64,000 bases of DNA from Octopus bimaculoides (Eukaryota), in the NCBI RefSeq assembly GCF_001194135.2, contig NC_069001.1, positions 39,378,336-39,442,335 on the forward strand. The letters run 5' to 3'. The stretch's first letter is position 1. Every line of letters begins with the position of its first letter. This document shows positions 11,693-24,720 of the stretch, in pieces. Both the position numbers and the translations under genes were made by a program. Under the pieces are notes generated by a model. That model had not been told where the DNA came from and ran no database searches. It saw only the letters and a list, made by a program, of their open reading frames with translations.

Positions 11693-14060
11693 CGCACGAT
11701 CGTCTAATGTTCGCTTTCAACAAGTTGAAAATCATGGAGCGTACCATTCCAGTCTCTCTTAGTCTCTCCTTTTCCATACACTCTCTTTTAAGCCTGACCA
11801 TTTTCTCATTTTCCTATTGGTTTGCCTTCTGTTAAGTCTTTGCAAACGTTCTTTTAATTTACTTTTGTAATAAATTTTCCGAATTCTCCTTCTTCGATTG
11901 CATTCAATATAATTTTCTTTACTTTTTTCTGTCCTACTTCATTGTCTTGTCCACAATACCAAGACATATCCAAAGTCTTCCATATGTCAGCTTTTTAATG
12001 ACTAGCTATTCTATCCGATAATCTCTATTCTTAATGTTCAGTACTGTAACTTCATGTCGCATGGTGGGACAAATATATTTAATCTTAATATCTCTTGATT
12101 TTACCCCCTTTCACATATATTTTTAATAAGTTTCTCTATTAATCATCCTTTTCATTCCTGCTTCACATTAACCATCTTTTTTTCCACATATATTATCTTT
12201 GCTGACTCCCCCTCCCCCCAATTGTTATTCTTTCTCCATTTGTAATATTTACATTTAATGAATGTCTTTCTGTCTTCAATTCTATTCATTTTCCGTTCTT
12301 GACATTTAGTTTCGTTCCTGGGACATACCATTATTATTTACTGTAGGTTACAAGATCTTGTAGGACATCTCTGTTGGAACATAACAAGGCATTATCGTTT
12401 ATATATTTAAAGGTTGTTGATGCCCATATCTCCCATTATCACTCCAACCATGACCCCTACTTAGAGGATGAGGAAATTCTCAGAGTGCATTTCATCACAA
12501 TGCACACCTCTTCCAGATTTTAAATTCTGAAGTCTTTTTTTTCCTGTTAGGTATTCCCATCTGTTGATCGTTCCCGGTACACGTTTATTATTTGCGTGTC
12601 TTTATCACATATCCTGACTGACTTTCAATAGACATTAAACCATCTTTACCTGTTTGGCTCTGTCACATTCCTTGATATAATCTTTAAAGCGTCCAGTAAA
12701 CCTTCCTCTAGATTTATACCAAGAACTGCTACGTCACATATGGTTCTTAAGTTACAGACTTCCCTCATCAGTTCCTATTCCTGGGCCAAAGAAACAAAAC
12801 TGATTTCTTCCATTATCCTCGTTGCAGGTCTTTGATTGATCTTCAATAATAGTTTAGTTTTTGTGATTCAACAGGTTTATAGTTGTACACTGTTTGCAGT
12901 CTTGAGCAGCTTTTAGTTTCTTTGGTAATGGAATAAATATAGAATGCTTCATCTCGGTATCAACTCGCATACATTACATAAATCTGTTATTAGATCTGCG
13001 TCCTTCTTATAATTGTAATACTGCTGCTGCTATGACATCTGCTCTAGTTGTCTGTCCTTATTTCATTCACTTTACTGCTTCTTCCCCTTTTAAGATGCTC
13101 TTGTTTCCATTAACAGCATCCAAGTCTGACACAGACCGCCAGTTCTCGTTACCGTTCAGCTCGTTTATGCATCTATACTCCAACAATATTTCCATTTTTG
13201 TCCTTAATGTTACCATTTTGTTTATTTATCCATTTCCTGTTTGCGATTTCATTTATTTTCTCATATATTTCTTTGGATTTTGACTGGTTATTAAGGTTTT
13301 CAATTTCTTGCTATTGATCATCCAATCATATTTGATTTTTGTTTTTTTCTCTATCCGTAACAGATCTCTTTATTCAAACTACTATCTCCATCTTTCTTTA
13401 CATTTCCTTCATTTTTTGATAGAATTTTTATCTTCCGTCCATATACGCTTTCTTCATTTCCGACAACGTTATCTTTAATAATGTTTATATGCAGTTTTAA
13501 TGCCGTTTTTTCTTCTTTATTTAATTGCTTTTTATACATCATTTTCATTCTGTAAAATATTCACACTTGTTTCGTGTTTCCCTATATTTCTGGTTCTATT
13601 CTGTTTCAGAAATTTCAATTGTTCTTTTAGGCACTTTTATTTCTGAAAGTTTCATTTCTAAATTATCACTGAAATATGCCAAAGTTCGTCTCTGACCCAA
13701 GGTATATTATTGAAAGTTTCATACAGTTTCTAAATGGTTTAGCAGTCTGTTTGTTTCCCCTCTTTTCTCACCACTATAGTTTTCACCTTGATTACTGGAA
13801 TACACTGATATCGATGACTAAATGCTCAATTGCAAAAAGCTGAAAGACTGTCAACTCTTCCTAAATTTATATCGATCTTTTTACTACCTCCGCTGATTTG
13901 ACCATTAAAATCTCCCATCAGGACTTTAACTTCTTTAGGTTTTAATTTGTTGTAGAATTTTCTTCTGGAGTAACAATACATATCTGGATTTTGTTGATAA
14001 AGAAACGTTGCTTTCATGTTTCTTCAGTATCATTCTCTCTGAATTTATCCAATACCCAAT
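11693..14060 (-). mobile_element. Decayed RTE-clade non-LTR retrotransposon (AP endonuclease + reverse transcriptase relic)
   Basis: Minus-strand motifs in RTE order across stops and frameshifts: GYWINSERMIL and KVLMGDFNGQI (APE, ~13900-14060); SIFIPLPKK..DCK..TINLLNH (~12860-12946); FGPGIGT, NLRTI, FKDYIKECD; MGINNL..DNALL; and a 3' end running into (TA)n at 11669-11692. Confidence 0.85.
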
Positions 14061-14787
14061 CATATGTTTCTTCTTTTGTGGACTCTACGACTGGTGAACA
14101 GATAGGAGGAAGCTTTTCTTAAAGTGAAAATCTGATCTGAATATTTCCAGAAAAGGCTCCAATGAAGGCAGCCAAAAGACACATAGTTAGGTTGACTTAG
14201 AAATTTCCCTGGACTCGAAAAAGCTAAAGTAGATGACACAGGACTATGGTGCCGCCGCACAATGGAATCGAACGTGGAGCAGCGTAACCAGTTCCTCTGC
14301 TTACACTAGTAAGAAACATGGATTATAAACTCACCACCTCAATGTGAAATAATAGTCGGGTGTAACTTACCATAACGCCACAGAATCTAAATCAACCGTT
14401 TGTCTAATATACAAACTCATTCTTTCAATGCTGCTATCGCTTCTTCCATTCAGCGAGTTCTTGTACTAAACATCTTTATTCTTTGTCTCTCTAGAACCAT
14501 TATTTTCAGAAATGTCCTCACATATTCTTTTCATTAATCAATCTTTAAAGAGAAACCAAACAAGACACTGAACGGTTTTCCAAGCTTGCATCCCTGCATC
14601 CCCGGTGGTTGTCATTTAGTGTTCTCACTCAGTTCACCTTGAAAGTACTTCATTAATAGCACTCTGTAATTAAACGTCAAAGAGCTGACAGTAGTCCCCT
14701 CTCGTAAATACATCGTCAAAGAATTGCATCTATTAATATAATATTGATTTTTGTTTTTATGTGTGTGCATGAAAAAGAAGAGACAAT

Positions 14788-14791
<4 letters not shown>

Positions 14792-14827
<36 letters not shown>

Positions 14828-14840
14828 AAGAAAGAAAGAG
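14792..14840. repeat. (GA)n/(GAAA)n microsatellite
   Basis: Directly visible. Confidence 0.95.
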
Positions 14841-14937
14841 TCCTATAGGTTTAGAGTAAATGTACATAAAGGGGAGTGGAATAGCTGCAATTGTATGGAA
14901 ACTGTGTCATAAAGACTCCTTCTCAAATGACACTGTA

Positions 14938-15460
14938 CACAGTGTTCGGAATGAATATGAAGGTTTGCATAAAAGGAAAAGAAAACGCGTCATTTCATCT
15001 AAAAAACCTTGGAAAGCAAAATCCAATGATATCAACCAGATTATGAATGAGAGATAATAATTTATGAAAGTAGCTGCCCTCAGCTTCCACCACGGCCTGA
15101 AGACATCTTCGAATCCTGGCGTATTCGATCCTCACTGTGTCCCTGAAAAGTTCTTCGAACACCTCCTTGACTTTGGCCAAACGATCAGCCTTGGTGTTGA
15201 AGGCAGAGCAGTTGGTGTCATTCTCAACCACACCCCATACATAGGGACTATAATAATCGTGGTAATCCGGTCAGAAATTGGGGCTCATGAAAATTCTCCG
15301 ACAATGATTTCTGATTTTTCTGGGAGAATTTGCTGCTGTCATCCCTATGGCCATCAGCAGCAATCCCCTCCAGCCACAGATTGATGGCAGCCTCCAGCAG
15401 CTTCACAGAGCCTTTGAATTGAATCTTTCGCCCTATTCAAAGATATAGGTATGACTCTCG
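14938..15460 (-). mobile_element. Tc1/mariner transposase relic, C-terminal half, maT/DD37D-like
   Basis: Minus frames give PYIFE*GERFNS, VKLLEAAINLWLEGIAA, KSLSENF and DYYSPYVWGVVENDTN...KIKEVF-like...RRCLQAVVEAEGSYF, the typical C-terminus after the SPDLNPxDY motif. A possible TIR end TA|CACAGTGTTCGG lies at 14936-14950; the partner TIR was not found. Confidence 0.75.
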
Positions 15461-16174
15461 GGGTGTGGACGCAGTCAGAACTCTTGCTTTGTCCATACCT
15501 GCTGACCACAGCTTCGTAGTCCCCGTTACGCCTGTCACAGTTTCCTCTGAATCGATTTCTTTTCACATAGTGTTAAACAATCCAGGCTACAGTAGCGGAC
15601 TACTTGCTACCATGTGGCTCGAAACCGTTACCATATGTTTATGACCCGAACTTCTTAATCACACAGCTGCTACACTTGCGTCTATTTTAAGATTTCTTTC
15701 ACTCGTGAGACATACTTAACGGAAATGACCGCAGGTAAATATTAACGTGACGGAGAGGTGAACACCCAGTGAAAGGGAAAGTTGAATTAGGAGTCTTGCG
15801 ATATAAAAAAATTAATTCTTCCCGTAGAATAAATAATGCTTCGAAGGTAAAGACATGATGAAATAATTTCTTTCTGGACTTTGCTGTGTTTCATATTTCG
15901 TAAACAAAGACCATCTTTTCATTCTCCAGATACTCCTCTGTTTCGCCTTGGTGGGTTCTTTTACCAAGTATTTATACTCTGAGTAATCGGTAATAGATGG
16001 CGCTGAGTGACCAGATTAGTGGTTTAAATAGTTAAAAGACACAAATAACAGCTATTCTTCGCACTACAAGCTCACTATAGGCAATAGGGTGTCTTCCCAT
16101 TCTAGACAACGTATCTCGACATATTAATAGCTGTTTCACGCGATGGAATATGGCGTTTTTTTTTTATAGAATTT

Positions 16175-16515
16175 ATTTCTACAAAATAACATTTCTACGC
16201 AATAGCGTATATTTCTACGCAATAGCGTATATTTCTACGCAATAGAATGCCTTACTACACCAGAGTATACCATTCCTCATCATGGGAATATTTTTCTACA
16301 CAATATAAACAATTCCTACGCTACATTATGTCCATTTAACATAGTTCTCCACTTCAGAAATTCTTTACAAGCAATTTTAGGCATCTTTGCACTACAGAAA
16401 GTTATTTTCTACACAATAGGAATCATTTCTTCGCAACAATATACATTTTTATATATTTCTTCATGACAGAAACCATTTCTACAAAATATAATGTATTTCT
16501 ATAAAATAACATTTA
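16175..16515. repeat. 20-bp minisatellite ATTTCTACGCAATAGCGTAT with degenerate flanking copies
   Basis: Near-perfect copies at 16191, 16211 and 16231; decayed ATTTCT-anchored copies near 16175, 16292, 16405, 16425, 16455, 16475 and 16495. Confidence 0.85.
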
Positions 16516-16578
16516 TATGACACAACAAAATATACATCTGTGCAACGGATTGCATTGTTCTCTCTCCCTCTGTCTCTG

Positions 16579-16611
<33 letters not shown>

Positions 16612-16994
16612 TCCTCTGTCTGTCTGTCTTTCTCGATATACATACATATATATATATATATATATANNNNNNNNNNNNNNNNNNNNNNNNNNNNNNNNNN
16701 NNNNNNNNNNNNNNNNNNNNNNNNNNNNNNNNNNNNNNNNNNNNNNNNNNNNNNNNNNNNNNNNNNNNNNNNNNNNNNNNNNNNNNNNNNNNNNNNNNNN
16801 NNNNNNNNNNNNNNNNNNNNNNNNNNNNNNNNNNNNNNNNGTATATATATAATATTTATATTGGCTGTTACACATAGCTTCAGAATAGCGGGTGTCACAA
16901 AGGAAGTCAATATCTCTTCTTTAAGATATATTGTCACTGACACACACACACACATACACATGCATACACACGCACACACATGCATACACACACG

Positions 16995-17038
<44 letters not shown>

Positions 17039-19413
17039 CATACACACATGCACTCACTCGCACGTTGTCTGTAATTCTGAATTTCTCAATTGAACTTAAT
17101 AACTTATTAATTTTGGTGTCCCTGTTGACAATAGATTAAAACTCAAGTATTACATATATTCTTTTTTTCTCTCTTGTTTCATTCATTTGACTGTGGCCAA
17201 GCTGCAGCACCACCATTCGTCGGATGGTGGGATCTCAGGTTACAGAGAACAATGTCATGGTCTGAAAGAAAGGGTTTTTCCCCACTGCAATATTGCGTAT
17301 CGGGTTAGTGTGGTTACTAAATACAAGGTCTGAAATGCTTGTCTTCGTTAAATTTCTTTTTATTTACTAAATCCAGTCACGAGGCTTTGGCCGGCCCGTG
17401 GCATGTCTTAGAGATATTGGTGTGCATCAGATGCACGTGGGTGTTCTGGCAAAGCGTCTAGTTTTTTTATCAGGTTATATTTCTGTATAATGTGTATAAG
17501 GCTATTGCGGATAGAAACAGGAGACTCTTGAAATCTGTTATGAATAGTTCTTGACCACCATAGTGTCATCTTCATGTTGAAGTAATGCTGTGTGTTGCTG
17601 CTCCTTTCTAGTTGCTAGGGCTAAGGAGATTGGTTTATACTATTAGCTGCTCTGCAAAACAAATGTTCTAAAACCGATGATTCATTTCGTTTTCGACTCA
17701 GTTTCACATATATACCTATGGTTGAATTGTCATCGAAGATTTACTTCGATAAATCTTCAATGATTGCCGCTTCATTCCTAAAACTCCGAATTGCGACGGA
17801 ATGGAAATTTTCCACCCATCCACACAACCCCCACTACAGCCCCCCCCCCACTTATATAATGGCGTTGCCTATTCTCTATTCTTTTGGCTTGTGTCTATGT
17901 TGCCATACGTTCTATTACGTTCGCCATCGGTCTTCTTTTCACTCGAGCCATTCTCCTTTGCATCAGTGACTGACAAATTCTTGGTAGTTAATTAGTCTTG
18001 ACAGAAACATGGACTATCTATAGAACACTTACTCTCGACATGCTTCGTGGAATTGAAGAGAAACAGGCATATTGTTTATTTTGTTTTTTGTCAGATTGCA
18101 ATATGACAAAAAAATATCTTATTTCAAAAGTAAATTTCAAACTTTCCTCATTCCACGACAAAATTTATATCCCCACAAAAATCATTCACTTCCTGTTTAA
18201 CGCTGGATATAAAGCTTACTTTAATTAAAACGCAAATGTTCACTTCAATAACGAAGAGAGCATCTTTGCTTTAATCTATCGCCTGCATCACGTTGTTAGG
18301 AACAAAGAAAATACCTTGTGGTTGTTGAATGGCTTGGGATGGTTATACAAGATGAGTACTGTAGTATGAAACATGTGTGCGGTGTGCAGTTTTATCAAAC
18401 ATGTGTATGCCTTGTACTCTGTTGATTCAAACATTTGTCTGTAGCGAGTGCTTTTGTCTGAAACGTGACCTAAATCCACAGAAATGCGGCTAATTTTATT
18501 AGGTTCCATCAATAGTTGAGTGAAACAGTGAGTGTGGAAGAATATGTAAGCTGAGATAAAGCTTGTCGATGCCGTTTATTTATAATCTTACCAATGGCGC
18601 CAAAACGATAGAAACCAATGAAAACACACCGTTTCTATTTCTTTTTAATATATTTTACATTTCACCAATTGTTATCAGCATTATTCTCTCTTAAAAGCCA
18701 TAATATAGATTTAATGCAATGAAAAGTACAATGAAAAGTTAATTATAAAGACAAGTTATATAACGTTGTAGCATTGAGAATATATTAAGAAAGACACGTG
18801 TTGGAGTAATTTTTTTTTCTCGATTCCTGCGAGTATATCTCTCTTTACTGTATAAACAATCGCAAACGAATCTGTAGAAATTCTTTATCAAGATTTGACT
18901 GTGAGGAATAACTTGAAGAATCACATATTAGTCAACCTTGAGGAGATGAAATTAACTTCCATGCAGTTCAATAAATAAACAATTAGTAAAAGACTTAAAA
19001 TTTTTTAACTGAACATTTCAAAAGAAATTGTCATNNNNNNNNNNNNNNNNNNNNNNNNNNNNNNNNNNNNNNNNNNNNNNNNNNNNNNNNNNNNNNNNNN
19101 NNNNNNNNNNNNNNNNNNNNNNNNNNNNNNNNNNNNNNNNNNNNNNNNNNNNNNNNNNNNNNNNNNNNNNNNNNNNNNNNNNNNNNNNNNNNNNNNNNNN
19201 NNNNNNNNNNNNNNNNNNNNNNNNNNNNNNNNNNNNNNNNNNNNNNNNNNNNNNNNNNNNNNNNNNNNNNNNNNNNNNAGACAACAAACAGATGTATTAG
19301 TATAACGCTCGGGAAGTGAAAAAGTCTTTAACGTTTCGAGCCTACACTCTTCCACGGAAAAGAACACAGAAAGAAACAAGGAGACAAAAAAAAAAAAGAT
19401 GTAGTGGCTATCG

Positions 19414-19622
19414 ATCTTCTTTTGTACTCTAGGCACAAAGCCCGAAATTTTGGGGGAGGGGGGCCAGTCGATTAGATTGACCTCTTTGTGGATCCCGAAA
19501 GGATGAAAGGATGAAAGGCAAAGTCGACCTGAGCAGAATTTGAACTTAGAACGTAAAGACAGACGAAATACCGCGAAACATTTCGCCCGGCGGGCTTAGG
19601 CTTCTGTCAGCTCAACGCCGCC
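19414..19622 (-). mobile_element. SINE family A copy
   Basis: GGATGAAAGGCAAAGTCGACCTGAGCAGAATTTGAACTTAGAACGTAAAGAC is the reverse complement of the family A body. Confidence 0.9.
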
Positions 19623-21185
19623 TTTGAATATATACATTAAGTCAAGAGTGCAACAGCTTGGGCTGAACGTCACGTGGTCTTTTTATTGGTGGATTTAAAG
19701 GCAGTGGCTGTGGTTGTAGCCTAATTCTGATAACTGATCTGGTATATTAGACGGAAATATATGGAGATACAAATTAAAAGTCTCAGTGGGAAACTTTGAT
19801 CATGTTTCTCGATATTTGTTTCAAAGCAGTTGTACAAATGAGGACCTTTTAAATGTCAAACTAGAACCGCTTATGATTGTGACGTGAGAGTTTGGGAAAG
19901 GTTGTGTTGCTAACTGACACTAGCTCCCTTTCATATTTGCTCTCTTGTTTGCCAAAGTTCACAGCATGATTTTCAAGTTTTCCACATATGATGGCATATC
20001 CTTCTTGACAGCATTCCAAAATGTAAAGATTTAATGCGCAGATGCGTACCCAGTAGTTAACGTCTGTGTCTTTCCTATTTTCCAATAGTTTTTGTTTGTT
20101 TTATACCTTATACACTCTTTAGTATCCCTGTAATGGCGTCTCTATATACCAGCTGCTGGTTGTGGCTGGCTATATATTTTTGTCTGTGAATATTTTAAAG
20201 AACTGTGCCTCTGTCTCTCCACACGTTCACGTGATCATAAGGTTGAAACAAAAGTCCCTTTAACTTTACTATAAATTAAAACCCGAAGTCAGTTGAGACT
20301 AATGTAGCTCCTTCCCTCCCTTACGTCACACCCTTACCTTTGCGGTAGATTTTTGTCTTTGTTTGAAGACGGAGCAAGGAAACGTTTGACATTTAGAAGT
20401 TAGTCGTCAAGTATTGCTGCGTGACACCTTTTCACAAAAAAACATACAAGAGACATCAGCTCTGCCGTTTGCTATTGAGATAATAGTTATATTCAATACA
20501 AAAAGCTGATTCTGCAGAGAGAGAGAGGGGGGAGAGAGTCAGTGGGGGTGGGCAGGTAGTTAGATACAATGGATTTAGTCTCCGTTGCATCAGCGTTTCC
20601 TGTTGATGCTGGGAAGGCTTATTAACTCCTTCATTATCTCTTTGTTGAAATCTCAGCTTCATAGTAGACGTATGTATTGATTACCTAAAGACTTTTGTTC
20701 TGCCAGCGGTCTCCATGGCTGTACAGACAATAATTACGAACTCCTGTTTGCAATTAGAGACTCCATTATAGGACGAGGTGAGAACAGTTAACAACGTCTC
20801 CCGCGACGAATCGGTTTGTTGGTGTTGTAGTACAAGACACACCACCGGTGTAGCTACACAACGGGTCGCGCCTTACTTCACACTATATATATATATATAT
20901 ATATATATGGGGGGGGGGTGAATTAAGAGCTGATGAACTTCAGGAAATGTTAGGTTCACCTCAACTGCTGAGATTCAAAGTGTGTGTGTGTGTGTGTGAA
21001 TGACATTTCGTGTTGTTGACAAAAATGAAAGCAAAAATATGGAAATCTCAACTAATAGTTGGACACTGTACTATAGAGTTGATATCCTTAAAGTGAGAGT
21101 TAAGCGGGACGTCGAGTCTCATCTTCCCTGCTCCAACAAGAAGTATGTCTCTGTGTATATGGATGGATGTATGGATGGATACGAA

Positions 21186-21261
21186 AATCGTTAGCGGGCG
21201 AAAGGCATAGCGTTATTTCGTCCGTCTTTACGTCCTGAGTTCAAATTCCACCAAGGTGGAC
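21186..21261 (+). mobile_element. SINE family A 5' fragment
   Basis: AATCGTTAGC...ATTTCGTCCGTCTTTACGTCCTGAGTTCAAATTCC matches the family A head. Confidence 0.8.
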
Positions 21262-21344
21262 CAGTATGACCTCAACTCAAATTCAGACCATGGTAGCTGG
21301 AAAGGACATGCCGAGGCATTCGCCCTGTAGTGGACTGAACCTGA

Positions 21345-21679
21345 TCAAATGTTATATCAACTGGCATTCCGTCGCTTACGATGTCGAGGGTTCCAGTTGA
21401 TCCGATCAACGGAACAGCCTTCTCAGGAAATTAACGTGCAAGTGGCTGAGTACACTACAGACACGCGTACCCTTAACGTAGTTCACTGGGAAATTCAGCG
21501 TCATACAGAATGTGACAATGGTGGCCCCTTTTGAATTACAAGTACAGCTCATTTTTGCCAGCTGTGTGAACTGGAGCAACGTGAAATAAAGTGTCTTGCT
21601 CAAGGACACAACGCGTCGCCGGGAATTGAACTCACGACCTTACGATCTTGAGCCGAGCGTCCTAACTACTAAGTCGTGG
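21345..21679 (-). mobile_element. Full-length tRNA-derived SINE with CORE-like central domain (family D)
   Basis: Minus strand shows a tRNA-like head (TAGTAGTTAG...GAGTTCAATTCC), then TTGTGTCCTTGAGCAAGACACTTTATTTCACGTTGCTCCAG, similar to the CORE-SINE motif as I recall it (CTGTGTGACCTTGGGCAAGTCACTT). Confidence 0.8.
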
Positions 21680-21919
21680 TGGAAAGTACAAAGTGATTGC
21701 ATTCACCACTTTATAAGTTCTGCCGATTAAGAGTGAAAGTACAATGTATGAGTCGATCCACATCTTGTATGGAGACATACAAAGAAAAGGTGTTCAAATA
21801 ATTTGAATCCAACGTAAATGGAAATGATATCGTGGCCGGTAAAGAATACTTTTATGGACACTCCCGAAATTTATCGTGGACTCTTCCGGTGTACATTATG
21901 GACTCTTCCGCTCTCTAGT

Positions 21920-22236
21920 ACGGACTATCCAGTCGTTAGGCGATGGATGAAGGTCCTGTAATTTCTTGCTGAACAACCGAACAGATGATTTGCTTATAAG
22001 GATCAAATGCTTGTGCTGTCCATTAGCCCCCCCCCCGCTCATCAAATCGATATAGCTTGGGGGGGGGGGGCGAGTGTTTCACACGTCAGATGTTAAAATG
22101 GTCGCAGAGCAGCGGAAAATGAACAGTTTTAGTTCAAGAGCACAACGCGCCGATCTGGGAATTGAAATCACGATCTAGCGATCGAGAGAGCGGATCTCGC
22201 GATTACTAGCGTAATAACTTAACCAGCTCGCCATGC
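21920..22236 (-). mobile_element. Diverged family D-related SINE
   Basis: Minus strand GTGATTTCAATTCCCAGATCGGCGCGTTGTGCTCTTGAAC is colinear with the family D head and core. Confidence 0.65.
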
Positions 22237-22255
22237 ATCCTCAATACACACACAC

Positions 22256-22313
<58 letters not shown>

Positions 22314-23188
22314 AATGTGCATTATTACCTACATAGCTGCCCATATCAACTCACACAGTCACTAATGAATGTATGCATATATGCATTTGTGGGTGTGTGT
22401 GTGTGTGTATAGATAAATATATATTTACAAACGTATTTAAGTCTCCAAAAGTATATACGCACCAAAAATACTACGTTAGACACTTAACACATAGAAAAAT
22501 ATATTTTATTTTCTCAATGAATACACAGAATACATTCATGAAAGGAAATTGATGGTACATGTATTATAATTACTTTTTTTTCACGTCTGTTGTTGCTTAG
22601 CAACACCCTTTAACGCAGGTGCTATGCTACATGTTTGTGTGTGTGCATGTGGCATATCACTGAAGTAGCGAGATGATAATTTTGATACACATTTGTCATC
22701 GACGGGAATAGTTCTTCAACACAATTTTGCTTCTGTAGCTTTAACGTTAAGTTAATACTTTCACAGAATATCGACTCCTCTGCTGAAGCATAACAGAAAG
22801 TTTAATAAATTAGCTTTTAGAAAGAATATATATATATATATATATATANNNNNNNNNNNNNNNNNNNNNNNNNNNNNNNNNNNNNNNNNNNNNNNNNNNN
22901 NNNNNNNNNNNNNNNNNNNNNNNNNNNNNNNNNACATATATATATATATATGTATATATATTCTTTTTAGATCGAAGGAAATCTCGAACCAAATGAAACT
23001 ATCATAGCTTGTATATAATGAGTTAAAAACCCTTTGAGTAAAATAAGCCAAAAGTATACCACAACTTTCTCTATCTAAAGGTGTTTACTAAACCAATATT
23101 CAAACATCATTATTTATGGCGTCATCTGCTTCGAGATCCACCATCCCTGAAATGAATTATTTCACATTCTCTAAGTTTCTAAATTCTC

Positions 23189-23191
<3 letters not shown>

Positions 23192-23276
<85 letters not shown>
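23192..23276. repeat. Perfect (CA)n microsatellite, ~85 bp
   Basis: Directly visible. Confidence 0.98.
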
Positions 23277-23282
<6 letters not shown>

Positions 23283-23303
23283 GGGAAAAAGAGAGAGACA
23301 CAT

Positions 23304-23652
23304 GTGTGACTGTGTGGCAATGAGTTTGCTTTCGACTGCGTGGCATCTTGGGCAAATGTTTTCTATTGCCTCGGGTCGACCACAGCTTTGTGAGTGGATT
23401 TGGTAGAGGGAAACTAAAAGAAGCCCACAGTATATATATAATTGTTACTGTCTCTGTTTGTCACCCTCCACTGTCTGACAACAGGTGTTGGCGTATTTAC
23501 GTCCCTGTAACTTAGAAGTTCGGTTTAATATACGAGAGAATATGTACCAGGCTTAAACAAAGTCCTGGTGTCAATTCGTCCGACTAAAATTTTCGCAGTC
23601 GGTGCCTCAGCTTTGCTGCTGTTTAAGACTGAAACAAGTAAAAGATAAAAGA
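23304..23652 (+). mobile_element. SINE family B, near full length with an internal deletion in the head
   Basis: CTGTGTGG head, CTTGGGCAAATGTTTTCTA, CCTCGGGTCGACCACAGCTTTGTGAGTGGATTTGGTAGAGGGAAACT, and 3' end GACTGAAACAAGTAAAAGA. Confidence 0.85.
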
Positions 23653-23667
23653 TTATAAAAGGCACAA

Positions 23668-23985
23668 GTATGGCTGTGCAGTGTAGGAGTTTGCTTCGTG
23701 GTTTCGGGTTCAATACCAATAGCCAAGTATGTCCCACTATAGTCTTGTGCCGGCCAATGCTCACGTTTAGTGAACTTGGTATGCGGAAACCGTTTGGAAT
23801 CCCGCCAAATGCGTGTCGTGTACATCTTTCACTCGGTTCCCTCACCACTTCAAAGCCGTTGTTTGTTTGTTTGTATTCCGATAATATGGTGGTTCTGCAA
23901 AACAGACGATAGAATAAGTGTACCTGACCTAAAAATTGTATTGGGGCCACCAGCTTGGCCGCTGTCTTAGGATTGAAACAAGAAA
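23668..23985 (+). mobile_element. Second, more diverged SINE family B copy directly downstream of the first
   Basis: GTATGGCTGTG...GGTTTCGGGTTCAATACC head; 3' end CAGCTTGGCCGC...GATTGAAACAAG. Confidence 0.7.
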
Positions 23986-24329
23986 TATTATTTTTGTTAA
24001 GCACGCGTTCCTAACCGTTCATGAAAATCCATGTTTGTTTGCAACTTATGTGTAGAGAACTGATGTGGTATGAATGTACATTGTTAAACCTGCTTACTGG
24101 ACAACGGAAGTATCGCTCTTTTACATATAAAAGACAGAGTGAAACAGTGTCGACACTTTCCTGTTTATGCTGCAAAATTCCATTGGAATACGAATGATGC
24201 ATATGACACCATTCATCACTGACAGCCATTGTATGGGAAATTAGGAGTGTTTGATAATGTCAAGTTCTAATACTCCCGTTAATGGCAACATTTGTGAAGA
24301 TTGTATAATAGTTTCACCTTTATTGTATG

Positions 24330-24720
24330 GTTTTGCCCTGCTTACTTAAACACATTACTTCTCACTACCTTTCTCCCCACCTCTCTTTCTATTATTATTT
24401 CCTCCTGGAAAAGAGCCTATACCCAAAACATTAACATTTTCTCTTTTAACTCTTTTTTTAACGTTGACACTTTATTACAATGTTATTGTATCACTCTGAA
24501 TACTTATTTTGTATGAGATCCATCTCTCATCCTTTTTCTAAAGCTGCTACAACTTCTGTCATGACTACTTTTGTTACCTGACTTACACGTCTCTCACCTC
24601 CCATACTTCGTATCATATCCTCTCTTTTAGGTCCTCTATTAATCATCTTTTTCTATGTCCGCCTCCACATAATACCAAACCTTCCGTATTACTACCTTAC
24701 ATTCTCATGTTTTTCGTACA
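24330..24720 (-). mobile_element. Possible LINE endonuclease 5' fragment (CR1/L2-like)
   Basis: Purine-rich minus strand with GYRLFSRR (24401-24424), then RKRGG after a frameshift, resembling the GYxLFRxDR..RGGGV motif; only this motif was seen. Confidence 0.3.

Noticed and set aside
17731-17764. 14-bp near-perfect hairpin (GAAGATTTA/TAAATCTTC)
   Set aside because: Too short for a miRNA precursor, and such stems are expected by chance in AT-rich DNA.
20908-21050. Possible mariner 5' end after (TA)n
   Set aside because: Only vague similarity from memory; no partner TIR or transposase motif.
23525-24004. 159-aa minus-strand ORF
   Set aside because: It lies antisense across two family B SINE copies and contains no domain I recognise.
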